64,000 bases of DNA, taken from contig CAVRJO010000002.1 in NCBI GenBank assembly GCA_963722255.1, positions 352,001 to 416,000 of the forward strand, given 5' to 3'. A program made the position numbers and the translations under genes. Source of the stretch: Candidatus Babeliales bacterium. GTDB lineage: Bacteria > Babelota > Babeliae > Babelales > JANWKD01. Positions 19,231 through 29,508 of the stretch are shown one piece after another; the stretch's first letter is position 1; each line of letters begins with the position of its first letter. Below the pieces are notes generated by a model. It saw nothing but the letters and a program-made list of their open reading frames with translations, ran no database searches and was not told the DNA's origin.

Positions 19231-19432
19231 ACAAATACCCTCTTAAGTCTTAAGCTTTCAAAACTTAAGGGTATTTCATTCTCTCATTACCGGTTATAAA
19301 ATAATTATAGTGTAGAGTTTCCAAGCTTGAACAAACAATTATTTCAAATAAAATTGCTTTTTTTATTACCCCTTTTATACTAAATAATAGAGTATTTATT
19401 GCGAAAAACCGAGTAAGTGAAAGGTGGTACTG

Positions 19433-19999
19433 GTGATCTCAACATCTGAATTCAGAAAAGGATCCAAAATCTTATTTCGAAGCGAACCTTATGTTGTCGT
19501 CGATTTTCAATGGGTTAAACCTGGCAAAGGCGGAGCCTATATTCGTACAAAAATGAGAAACATGATAACGGGTCTCGTTCGTGAAGAAACATTTAGATCT
19601 GGAGAAAAATTAGAAACACCTGATCTTGAATATCGTGATATGCAATACTTATACCACGATGATGGCCATTACCATTTCTTAGATCAAGATAGCTTTGAGC
19701 AAGTTTCATTCAACAAAGAGCAAATAGAAGAAGTTGAAAGCTTCCTCAAAGAACAAGAGATTTATAATGTTCTGAACTTTGCAGGAAAACCGATCGCTGT
19801 AACACCACCCTTATTTATGGATCTCAAAGTAGTGGAAACTCCACCAGGGGTCCGCGGTGACACTGCTCAAGGCGGAGCAACAAAACCAGCAACATTAGAA
19901 ACAGGTCTTGTATTACAAGTGCCTCTTTTTGTTAATGAAGGCGACATCATTAAAGTCGACACCAGAGATTCAAAATATATTGAACGTGTAAAAAAATAA
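19433..19999 (+). CDS. efp: Elongation factor P
   Basis: VKPGKGGAY, PGVRGDTA, KPATLETG..VPLFV; GTG start. Confidence 0.98.
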   Translation: MISTSEFRKGSKILFRSEPYVVVDFQWVKPGKGGAYIRTKMRNMITGLVREETFRSGEKLETPDLEYRDMQYLYHDDGHYHFLDQDSFEQVSFNKEQIEEVESFLKEQEIYNVLNFAGKPIAVTPPLFMDLKVVETPPGVRGDTAQGGATKPATLETGLVLQVPLFVNEGDIIKVDTRDSKYIERVKK

Positions 20000-20026
20000 T
20001 AACTTTTTAATAAAAGGAATAATTGC

Positions 20027-20545
20027 TTGTCTACATGTTTAGAACTTACCCAATTGTCTGCTGAAAATACTCCAGGTACACACTTAAATAATGATCATCA
20101 CGAAAAAAAATTTGCTGAACTCACACAACGTGAAAAAAGATCACTTATTTTCCATTTATTATATGCAGCTGAATCTTTTGATTATCAGCTATCATTGAAT
20201 GCAATCGTTGATAATTTTAATCGGGGCTTTGATTTAGATATACCTTTAGAAAGTGAATTTGTATCTACTGCTCAAACAATTATCGATCAGCGCGATCAAC
20301 TCGACGAAGCATTCAAACCGTTATTAAGCAACTGGCGATTCGACCGACTTGGCGTATGCACTAAACTTATTTTACGGTATGCTATGTGGGAACTTCAAAA
20401 TAGTGATACACTTGCAAGCATTATTATCAATGAAGCAATTGAATTGGCAAAATGTTTTGCTGAAAAAGATGCGTATAAATTCATCAATGGTATTTTAGAT
20501 AAAGCTGTTACTGAATCAACTATACGACCTACACACGCAGAATAA
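20027..20545 (+). CDS. nusB: Transcription antitermination factor NusB
   Basis: LSNWRFDRL...ILRYA..E...IINEAIELAK.F.EKDAYKFINGILD; follows efp. Confidence 0.93.
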   Translation: MSTCLELTQLSAENTPGTHLNNDHHEKKFAELTQREKRSLIFHLLYAAESFDYQLSLNAIVDNFNRGFDLDIPLESEFVSTAQTIIDQRDQLDEAFKPLLSNWRFDRLGVCTKLILRYAMWELQNSDTLASIIINEAIELAKCFAEKDAYKFINGILDKAVTESTIRPTHAE

Positions 20546-20593
20546 GTTAATCGCGAATCAAAAAAAGAGTAACATTTATTCTGTTATTATTTA

Positions 20594-21028
20594 TTAATTG
20601 TCCCTAAATGGATTAACTATTTTCATTGTAGCCAAAATAGTTTGATTATGATGCATATCCTCAGAAAATAATATAGCGCAATCATTTTCAAGTGCAGAAG
20701 CAAGTATTAGACTATCAAAATATGAAAATTGATATTTATTTGCAAGCAACAACGCTTGCTCTATAGTTTGACATGATATTGTTACGATATTAAAAATTTG
20801 GGAAAATTCCTTCAGTACCCCAGAAAGTAGTTTATAATCTATTTTTCTTTTTTTATGCATTACGTTAATAAATTCATTAACTACTTGAGTACTTATTAAC
20901 ATTTCAGAATATTTATTTATCAGCGATTCAGTAATTGTTTTTTTATCTAATTCATCAATTGAATAAGCATAAATTAATATATTTGTATCAATAAATATTT
21001 TATCTCTTATTTGCTTCTTCTCTATCAA
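20594..21028 (-). CDS. PIN-domain (VapC-like) toxin; start uncertain (TTG 21028 or ATA 21010)
   Basis: IFIDTNILIYA, STQVVNEF, SYFDSLILASA, LFSEDM. Confidence 0.9.
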   Translation of the reverse strand: MIEKKQIRDKIFIDTNILIYAYSIDELDKKTITESLINKYSEMLISTQVVNEFINVMHKKRKIDYKLLSGVLKEFSQIFNIVTISCQTIEQALLLANKYQFSYFDSLILASALENDCAILFSEDMHHNQTILATMKIVNPFRDN

Positions 21029-21218
21029 AAGATAGCCCTTTAGTTTTTATCTTTATAGCAGTAAGTTGTTTTTTCTTAGCTTCTTTTTGTTTTTCAATTG
21101 GTTCACTATTAATTAAAATTATAATACGAAACTCTTCCGGTAAGTTTTTCAAATATTTTTTAGGAATTTTAATTATTCCATTCTGTGCATTAGCAACAAA
21201 TTCAATTGCTTCCATCAT
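21000..21218 (-). CDS. Putative antitoxin of the PIN toxin
   Basis: 72 aa, upstream of and overlapping the PIN gene; NGIIKIP AbrB-like strand pattern. Confidence 0.75.
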   Translation of the reverse strand: MMEAIEFVANAQNGIIKIPKKYLKNLPEEFRIIILINSEPIEKQKEAKKKQLTAIKIKTKGLSFDREEANKR

Positions 21219-21316
21219 GTCCTTTACAGAGATTATTTATATATTTAATAATTTTATCTCACTATGAAAATATAAACAACTGCAATCACAATTCAAAATT
21301 AAATAACAATATCCTT

Positions 21317-24300
21317 TTACGTCGGTCCTCCAAAACTGTATTCTCCACCACTTGCTGCTTCAGATTGCTTTTGTTCACTTTTATTTGCTGGTGAATCCGG
21401 TGGTAACGATTTTCCGGATCCCGAACCTTTATTTTCCGTTTTAGATGCAATATCTTTATCGGTTGTTTTTTTTGTTGAAGAACTTGTATCAGGCGTATCG
21501 CTGGGGCCACCGGAAGGCTGAATAACCGCTTTGTAAGCGTCTTGAGATTGTACAATTGCTTTCCATACTTCAGGTAATGTATTATCAGGGTCAAAACGAC
21601 TCCACAAATAATCTGTTTTATAGTTAGTATGCACTTTAGATCCATACAAATTTCCAGAAACTAAACTCGTTATTCCAATCGAATCACGATCATGCGTAAG
21701 CATATCTGAATAGGTAATTCCCGGATTGCCAGCTGTTTTTGCATATCCTTGTTTATCTGGTGCTATAACCGTTAATAAGAAATAATCTTGTATTGGCTGT
21801 CCTTTTTGATCTTTTATTATCCCCTTTGCATCTCTCATAGGTGCCGTATAAAGATTTTTTTGTTTTTGCAAAGCATCTTTATTTACTTGCAAACTAAATG
21901 CACCTAAGGTAAATGCAGTACTCTGTGAAAAATATTTCTTGCGCAGTTCATCTATCTTTTGTTCAAGAGCAGTGCTCAAAGGACCACTTTGTTTAACATA
22001 CGTTTCATAAATATTCGATGCTTTCACATTAGCGTACTGCATATCACTATCAAACAATGATTCTGAAATTAAACTCACCAAATAACTCGATTCTTCAGGG
22101 CGACTACCGATCGAACCGGATACAATATCTATCGTCTCTTCAAAAGATTCAGTTTTACAAGGCACAACATAATCCTCAACAACTTTGCCATCAATAGCGA
22201 GCTTTGTTTTATCGGTGTTATATATATATTGCCCACGTAAAATCTGCATTCTACCAACCGCATTTAACTTAGTTTTTCCTATAACAGGATTCATCAGATA
22301 GTCTAAAATCGGTCGTGCTTCATTTTCACGATCTACTTCTTTTTGTAAAGATTCAAAATTGGTAAAATCACAGGGAAGCGTACAACGTTTTCCTTCAGGT
22401 CTAATTTTTGGCGTAGGAATAGTTGGGACAATCTGAGGCACAAATTGATATTCTATAGAAGCTCCAGATGAAATTACTCCTACAACTTTTTGCGAAGGCG
22501 ATGGTGCACTGCACGTAAATATTAAGGCCGTTGAGGGTTCAGTATCAGGCTCTTGCCACACTTTTACTTGTAACGATGTTCCTTGCAGCATCATTTTTAT
22601 TCGATACCATGTTCCTAGTTGAAATTTTGGGGCATTAGCTGATTGTGTCAACCAACCTTTACCTTCATGCTCGTAGACACCAAAAGATACAGCTCCATCA
22701 GTTTCTTCTCTTTTAAATACAGCCATTTTTGCCAGTTGGCCTAAATCAAGTGGTGCTTTTTGAGGTTTATTAGTTTCAGCTTGATGAGTTTTAAAATCTG
22801 CAAGATTAATATCTTGCCCACCAAAATACAAACCAATATAGAATGAATTAAGCAGATAAATTGCCTGAAATCGTATCTCAACTTCATTAACCGGTTTATC
22901 TAATATCATAACCTCTTTTTGATTAAACCAGTTTTTCGTTTCAACTTTTTTTACTACTTTTTCATCAGTTTTTATAGCAAGCTCCGGTAGTACCGCAATT
23001 TCCTGACTAAAACTCTTTCGTGCAGCACTATACAGCGAAAATCCTTGAGAAGGATTTAGCTCATAAACACCCGATGAAAATCCGTAAATTGCTCCAACGT
23101 CAGCTGGAGTCAGATTATAATATGAAGGATCCGGAGATAATAATTGTGACCAATAAGATCCTAATGCTTCTGCATATTGCTCTTTTAGAGCTTCAAAATT
23201 ATTGGCCAAGAAGTTTTCATAAAATCCTAAATTCCTTTCTTGATTTTCAAGCTCACTTGTATATTTTAATTGCAACTCTCCTAACCATTCATTTTGTTGC
23301 TGCTGATAAATAAGAGAATTTGTTGAAACAAAAGACGAGAAGCTTTCAACAAACTCCTTTTCTTCCTTCTTTTGCTTAATCGCTTCTTCATCAGCTTGCC
23401 AACTGCCATATGCTGCAAAAATTTGTGGACCAACGGTCATGGCAATTAAAGGTACTGAAGCTCCACCTGTCAATGGAATCGATGCCAAAAGCAATCCCGT
23501 TGTAATAGCTGTTCCGATTAATCGTTCATGCTCTGTTAAAGCTGTATCAACCGCATCAGCCCATTCAGATGCACTAATATTGGCGCCAAATAAGTTTGCA
23601 AAATTACCAATTGTTGCTCCAATGGCATAGGTAATTGCCGTTGTCACATCGATAAATATTCGTGTAATTACTGAGATAAAATATTGGCAAAAACGTAACA
23701 CATCACCAAGCGATTTCATAAAATATTGAAATTGGAAGGTGAGTGGCTCTAAAATTGCCACTGCTGCATCTGCACCAAACTGCTCCAATTGATCAAGAAT
23801 ATCAGCTTCATACGTAGCATTTTTTGTAGCAATAAAGGCTGCCTGTGTTGAAATTAATCTAATACCTTCAACCGTTAATTTGATCATTCCCCCGGTAAAT
23901 GAAATATAACTCAAAAGATTGCCTGCAATTTGGTCTATAATAATTTCAAAGGCACTTTCAAATGCACCTCTCAATGATTTGCAAATTTCTGTATCCTTAT
24001 TTGCCAAAGTCATATCGCAAACACCCTCCATGACCGTTCCTAATACGTCCAAAGAATCTTTAGATACATTTTCAACATCTACAACAGTTTTTTCTAACTC
24101 TTGTTTGGCATTTTCTACATGATCCGCAACTTCTTTTTGAAGAGCTAACGATTTATCTAAAAGTTTTTTAGCCAAGCCAGGATTAAGACCGCTTAAAAAA
24201 ACAGCACCAACGCCAAAGCCAAGACTTTCGGCTTCTTCAGCTATTGCTTCTCCTGCATCAGTTGCAAAATCAATGAAATCTTTACCCGTTTTTTCAACAT

Positions 24301-25942
24301 CTTTCCAAACCTTTTCACCAGCATCCTCAACATCACCAGCCCAGCCAACAACATTTTTAGTAACATCAATCCATAGATCGCCAAAAAATCCCTGAACCTT
24401 TACTTGAGGATTTTCAATCTTTTTTTGATTTTGCATTACCGCATCAAATAACGCCTTTGCAGTTTGCTTTTTTGAGGTCCCTCCAGGCCCTAGAGCCATA
24501 GGCGTTTTTGTCTCTACCGTTGTTTGTTTAAATGAATCATGCACCAAATTTAAATCTTCAAGATACAAATAGTCCTCAGGAGCATACAAAAAAATTGACG
24601 GATGTGGCTGAACAATCGATTTATTTGCTAAAACATTCATCGTCGTTTCAAGATGCTTAGAGTCATAAAGATAGTTTGTTAAAGCATGAAGAATTTTAAT
24701 CATGCTTAAAAGTAATAACTCTTCTTGTAATAAAGGTTCTTGTTTAAACTTTTCATCATTAAGAGGAACTTTGATTGGATCTTTATTTTGTGCTACTGAA
24801 GCATATACTGCTGATTGATCTTCAAGCGCATAAGAAGCTAACGAATAAAAAGGCGTCTTTTGAAAATCGAGCGATGCAGTATATATTTTTTTTATATCAT
24901 CAAGCTTTTGCCATTCATCACACTGTGGAACATATCGATTACGTAAAGCATCGGTTAAAATCAAGGTTATATGAAACATTTCAGATGCATTACGCAACGA
25001 GGTAAAATCCGGTGTATAATAAGCAATCTCTATATTAGGAATATACTTAAAAATCGTTTCTTCGACCTGCTTAATTGAAAGCAGAAGCTGCTGATCTTGT
25101 ACAAAAGAACGAGTAATAGTATATTTCACATATTTTTGCCAAAAACTTGATCGGGTTAAACTTTGATTACTTATCTTATTAAGACTTGTCCAAAATGAGG
25201 TTGTAACTAAATCTTGCCATGACGAAGCTTTAATTAATCCTTGAATCGCATTCCAATCGGGTTTTACTGACCCATCAAATAACTTTTTTTCAAGCGCTGA
25301 CCATCCACCTGCTTTTCCTTCAACAAGCGTTACCAAATCTTGCCAGGATTTCGTCTCCAATAATGATCTGAAATCTATCCCATTTTGGTGTGCATAATCA
25401 GCAATACGCGCAGCAAATTCTATTTTAACGACGTATTCAAAGTAAAAATAAAAGTTCTTGAAATATTGAATTATCTTTGAATCTACCTTCAATCCTTTAG
25501 CACCAAATAATGCATCAACAGCTGCAGCGTTTTTTGAACTCACTGCATAAGGATTTGGTTTAACAGTCTTTTCATCAATGCGCTCTACCGGATTAAATAA
25601 AACTGCTGCAGTAGCTTGTATGGTTGCAAGCAAATCTTGAGCATGATTTATCGCTTGTAAAGGAGTCATTGCAAATAAATCATAACTTTTGCCATCGGCT
25701 CCCACTATTGAACCAATAAGCTGATCCTGTATACCTTGCGGTTCATGCAATACTTTTTTAACATTTTGAAAAGTTCCATGATCTTTACAAGAAACCGTAT
25801 TAATTTGATCGTCATAAAAACAAGAATCATTACGCAAATATGAAAAATATGAATTAGAGGTATTGACCAATATTTGTTTTGCACTCAATTGCCCAGCATA
25901 AAAGCAAAAAGCCAGAATCACAAAAAAGTAAAACTTTTTCAT
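21317..25942 (-). CDS. Giant (1541 aa) secreted protein: amphipathic/hydrophobic helical core, coiled coil, ConA-like beta-sandwich, low-complexity tail
   Basis: Signal peptide MKKFYFFVILAFCFYAGQLSA; LLLASIPLTGGASVPLIAM; TWYRIKMMLQGTSLQVKVW. Confidence 0.85.
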   Translation of the reverse strand: MKKFYFFVILAFCFYAGQLSAKQILVNTSNSYFSYLRNDSCFYDDQINTVSCKDHGTFQNVKKVLHEPQGIQDQLIGSIVGADGKSYDLFAMTPLQAINHAQDLLATIQATAAVLFNPVERIDEKTVKPNPYAVSSKNAAAVDALFGAKGLKVDSKIIQYFKNFYFYFEYVVKIEFAARIADYAHQNGIDFRSLLETKSWQDLVTLVEGKAGGWSALEKKLFDGSVKPDWNAIQGLIKASSWQDLVTTSFWTSLNKISNQSLTRSSFWQKYVKYTITRSFVQDQQLLLSIKQVEETIFKYIPNIEIAYYTPDFTSLRNASEMFHITLILTDALRNRYVPQCDEWQKLDDIKKIYTASLDFQKTPFYSLASYALEDQSAVYASVAQNKDPIKVPLNDEKFKQEPLLQEELLLLSMIKILHALTNYLYDSKHLETTMNVLANKSIVQPHPSIFLYAPEDYLYLEDLNLVHDSFKQTTVETKTPMALGPGGTSKKQTAKALFDAVMQNQKKIENPQVKVQGFFGDLWIDVTKNVVGWAGDVEDAGEKVWKDVEKTGKDFIDFATDAGEAIAEEAESLGFGVGAVFLSGLNPGLAKKLLDKSLALQKEVADHVENAKQELEKTVVDVENVSKDSLDVLGTVMEGVCDMTLANKDTEICKSLRGAFESAFEIIIDQIAGNLLSYISFTGGMIKLTVEGIRLISTQAAFIATKNATYEADILDQLEQFGADAAVAILEPLTFQFQYFMKSLGDVLRFCQYFISVITRIFIDVTTAITYAIGATIGNFANLFGANISASEWADAVDTALTEHERLIGTAITTGLLLASIPLTGGASVPLIAMTVGPQIFAAYGSWQADEEAIKQKKEEKEFVESFSSFVSTNSLIYQQQQNEWLGELQLKYTSELENQERNLGFYENFLANNFEALKEQYAEALGSYWSQLLSPDPSYYNLTPADVGAIYGFSSGVYELNPSQGFSLYSAARKSFSQEIAVLPELAIKTDEKVVKKVETKNWFNQKEVMILDKPVNEVEIRFQAIYLLNSFYIGLYFGGQDINLADFKTHQAETNKPQKAPLDLGQLAKMAVFKREETDGAVSFGVYEHEGKGWLTQSANAPKFQLGTWYRIKMMLQGTSLQVKVWQEPDTEPSTALIFTCSAPSPSQKVVGVISSGASIEYQFVPQIVPTIPTPKIRPEGKRCTLPCDFTNFESLQKEVDRENEARPILDYLMNPVIGKTKLNAVGRMQILRGQYIYNTDKTKLAIDGKVVEDYVVPCKTESFEETIDIVSGSIGSRPEESSYLVSLISESLFDSDMQYANVKASNIYETYVKQSGPLSTALEQKIDELRKKYFSQSTAFTLGAFSLQVNKDALQKQKNLYTAPMRDAKGIIKDQKGQPIQDYFLLTVIAPDKQGYAKTAGNPGITYSDMLTHDRDSIGITSLVSGNLYGSKVHTNYKTDYLWSRFDPDNTLPEVWKAIVQSQDAYKAVIQPSGGPSDTPDTSSSTKKTTDKDIASKTENKGSGSGKSLPPDSPANKSEQKQSEAASGGEYSFGGPT

Positions 25943-27738
25943 TGCTTTTCCTCCAAATCAGTTGATGGCAAAACGAGTTTTTCAGGTTTTATTATTTTAA
26001 ATTCTGCTTGTGCTCCAGGAGCCATAAAACCAATTCCTCCAAACAGGGCAATTGTAGAATCTAAGTTACTGAATGTTTTTTGGATAAGTTGTTCTTTTCC
26101 TTTTTTTGAAACAGTTACTGTAACAGTTTCAGGAGATGTTGTTATATCAAAAATGAAAGTAATTGAATCTTTCGCTAAGAGATCAGTATCATTTTTTGAA
26201 AGTGTGTAAAGTATATGATCATCAGTAGGTTTTGCTCGTGTTATTTGCTCTAAGGGAGAAATAATATTTTCTTTCTCTTTTTCAAAAGTTATTATCTGTT
26301 GGGCAAAACCAAGATTAATAGATCTCGTTGCAGGATCCTTATCATTAGTTTGTGTACCATAGAATCCAACTAATCGATACTGCCATAACCGTTCAGGATC
26401 TCCGGATATCCAACGACCTCTATTAAAAAATATCCCAACAAAAAAAGGATATGAACAATTAAGCAGTGTGCATTCAATAGAAACTTCGTAGGATTTTTCA
26501 TTACTTATATATTCAGTAAAAATACTATTTCTTGAAGGATCTGTAGGATAAACCTCTTCTTTTTCTCCCGGCTTTTGGAGCTTTCTAAAATCTTGTTGCC
26601 AAAAAGGCATGCCAAAAGGAACTAATCCATTTTGGAAAAAGCTCTTAGTTTTTGGATCAAATTCCCAATCGCCCTGTTGATAGATATTATACCACTGTTG
26701 TCTTTTCGGCGTATTCATGATGCTTGCTTCAAACATCTGATCGTAAGGAATAGGCGGCCAGGATAACATATGGATAGCAGGGTCACTTAAATTAATTGAT
26801 TTAAAAAGATATATTTGTTCTTGAACTGCAGCATCACTAGCCTTTTTGCGCTCATCATATATCTTTTGCAGGCCTGTTTTAAATCCATTGAAAATTTGTT
26901 GAATAAGATTTTTTTTTATAGCTTGTAATTGATTTACAAAGACTTCAAAACGTGTCTCAATCTCACCTTGCTTTTTTTGATACTCTTCAAATATCTTGCC
27001 ATCTTCTTCAACAAGCCACTGAATATACATTCCATTACCACCCATCATAAAGGACTGTAATGCTAACATAAAAAGCTCTGATATAAATTGTATGGTTGCT
27101 TCCGGTGTTATACTTTTTGCTCGAGTTACCAGTTCAGCCTGCACTGCGCGCTTTTACCAAAAATTTATACTATCTGGTAAATGGGAAGACTTACTTGTAG
27201 TAAGCAAAACAATAAATTTCAAAAGATTTTGATAATTAAACAAAATATTTTCACGCTCAAAATTGCAGTAATCAACTATTCTATCTGCTAATGATTCTTC
27301 CCAACAAACTTTTTTAGTACCCATTTTTTTTATATAACAACTTAATTTTTTAAAAGTTTTCTCAAACCGAAACTCCAATCGTTCATAAAACGTCATAGTA
27401 CGCGCTATCTGTTTTTTATAATTTTTTAAATAGCGTATTTGATGATCTAAAATAAAATTTTTAAAATGTGCTTTTGCATTGTGTGCATTATTCTCAACTA
27501 AGAGTTGAAGTTGCGGAACTACTAAATCTATTGCACAAGAGCGCTGGCTTGGTGTCGAAATGCTTAAGTCATTCAAAAGAGTTTCAATCTTTTTTTGTTC
27601 AGCATCTGAAATATGTAAACCACGATTACCGAAGATATTTTCAATAAGTTTTCGATTTTCTGTTATCAAATGAATCTGTTCAGAAGAAAATACAATAGAA
27701 AAAGTCCCGATCACAATAAGAAATAACATCTTCCTCAT
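25939..27738 (-). pseudogene. Probable single ~599-codon secreted protein gene split by one in-frame TAA (27154-27156); alternatively two CDSs (27154-27738 and 25939-27144)
   Basis: TTT TGG TAA AAG CGC GCA GTG CAG keeps both ORFs in one frame; only the first has a signal peptide; 4-bp overlaps with both neighbours. Confidence 0.65.
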
Positions 27739-29345
27739 GATGCACTCCCATCATCTGAAGGTGGAGGTGGTTCAATAACAGGCGGAGGTACAGTTTTTTC
27801 TTGTTCATTTTTTGCAATTTGTTCCTTTATGCCTTTTATAAATGCGTCAGCTGCTTGGCAACTCTTATCATTGGCTGAAACAGAAAGTCCTGCTTTAACT
27901 GCTGTCTTATTGATAATACATTGAATGCAGGGGTCAAGAATTTCCTCATTTTCAAATGCAGGATCTAAAAGTCTAGAAAAATCTCCTAAACATGCTTGTA
28001 ACATTTTAATAATACCCTCTTGAGAATTAAGCCAATCGGGTTGTGGTAACAGTTCTTGCTCATAGATATAATCTTTGGTTGGAATATTAACAAAAAGACG
28101 TTTTATATCTTTGTTATTAACTCTATCATTCTTATAAAAAGCAACGAGTATATCAGTTTGAGGACCATATAACGGTTTATATCTTGTTCTAGCATTAGCA
28201 TCAAAAACTATTTGTGCAGGCCATGGTACATTTTGAACATTTTTTGGCAAAGATTTTGCTAAGGTCGGAATTATCTTGAGCCCGCGCATTGTCTGTTCAT
28301 CATAAAAAAAAATAGGTGGATTTAACTTTGTTAATGAACGCAAAAAAGTAATTTTTTCTTGAGAAACTTGGTTTTTTCCGTCTTTATTTACCATAGTTGG
28401 TATTGAAGAATTTGGTCTATACGCATAATCTTGCATATATTCAGCAATTTTTTTTGCATGTTGGGCAAATTTATTAGCACCAACATAACCTTTGCTTATA
28501 TCTTCTTCATGCAAGGTTTGTGTATATCGATTAAAAAACTTTAAATAATCACTTAATAAATTAAGATAATTGCTTCTAAGAGAGTCAACGTCAGACTTAA
28601 TAATAGTTTGAACTTCAGGATCAGTTACTAAAACCAATTCTGCTTGCTCCATCATAATATTAAGATCAACCCCATAATCATGCTTCATAAGCATGTTTCC
28701 TGCATAAGTCGCTATCAACGGAGGCAATGACGGGAATCGTGCCCTTATTGCTCCATTCAATTGCGCTTCAACAATATTAACGAGATGGTTAATTATTAAT
28801 GTCTTCTGATTAAGACCCTGCTGAATTCCTTCTTGCAAATAACCATCTTTTCTATTTTTTGCTTTATCTTGTCCGGGTAGAAGTGAATCAATATGAGTCA
28901 TATTAAAAACTGCATAAATTTTTGTTAAATAAATGTAGAGTTCATGCAAAACAAGCATATGAATTTTTGTAAAATAGAAGGTAAAATTTTTTGAAACTTC
29001 ATCTTTTGATAAATTAGATAAAAAATTTGAAAAAAGATCACTTAATACTGAATCATCTGGGAAAAGTATTTTTCCACCCGGATGATTTACTTCGGGAGTT
29101 GCAGATTTAATAAAACTTATTAATGTCTGCTTTGCTCCATATTTACAAGCAGCAGGAAGCCGATTTTTTGTTTGCGCATTAGCTACAGTTTTGCCTCTAC
29201 TATTTTTTGGAAACGGATTAAATACTTGATCTTTTGTTAATGGTGAATCTGATCTTACGGCTGAATAAGAGAAATGGATTGAACAATAGAACGATACAAA
29301 ACAAAATAAACTATAAACAACAAAACGAGACGCAAAACGAAACAT
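27735..29345 (-). CDS. Secreted hypothetical protein (536 aa) with Pro-rich C-terminus; first gene of the operon
   Basis: RBS gagg; N-terminal hydrophobic segment; VPPPVIEPPPPS tail. Confidence 0.8.
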   Translation of the reverse strand: MFRFASRFVVYSLFCFVSFYCSIHFSYSAVRSDSPLTKDQVFNPFPKNSRGKTVANAQTKNRLPAACKYGAKQTLISFIKSATPEVNHPGGKILFPDDSVLSDLFSNFLSNLSKDEVSKNFTFYFTKIHMLVLHELYIYLTKIYAVFNMTHIDSLLPGQDKAKNRKDGYLQEGIQQGLNQKTLIINHLVNIVEAQLNGAIRARFPSLPPLIATYAGNMLMKHDYGVDLNIMMEQAELVLVTDPEVQTIIKSDVDSLRSNYLNLLSDYLKFFNRYTQTLHEEDISKGYVGANKFAQHAKKIAEYMQDYAYRPNSSIPTMVNKDGKNQVSQEKITFLRSLTKLNPPIFFYDEQTMRGLKIIPTLAKSLPKNVQNVPWPAQIVFDANARTRYKPLYGPQTDILVAFYKNDRVNNKDIKRLFVNIPTKDYIYEQELLPQPDWLNSQEGIIKMLQACLGDFSRLLDPAFENEEILDPCIQCIINKTAVKAGLSVSANDKSCQAADAFIKGIKEQIAKNEQEKTVPPPVIEPPPPSDDGSAS

Positions 29346-29508
29346 AAAGACCTCTTAAAAAATCTTGAATCAGCATTAGTCTAATTTTTAGATTTTCTAC
29401 AAAGCAATAGTCTGTTATATTTTTTTAAATTGACATAAGATTGATAAAAAAAATGCTTTTGAATAGCAATAAATTTCTCATTGTAATTGCAAACAAACCT
29501 TCTTGAGA

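Noticed and set aside
21317..25942. Calling the giant ORF a true T3SS translocator or phage tape-measure protein
   Set aside because: It has a Sec-type signal peptide, no T3SS or phage genes are in the window, and the resemblance rests on a short motif.
13437..27156. Alternative genetic code or stop reassignment to explain the two in-frame stops
   Set aside because: The stops differ (TGA and TAA), both end many normal genes here, and conserved genes have no internal stops.
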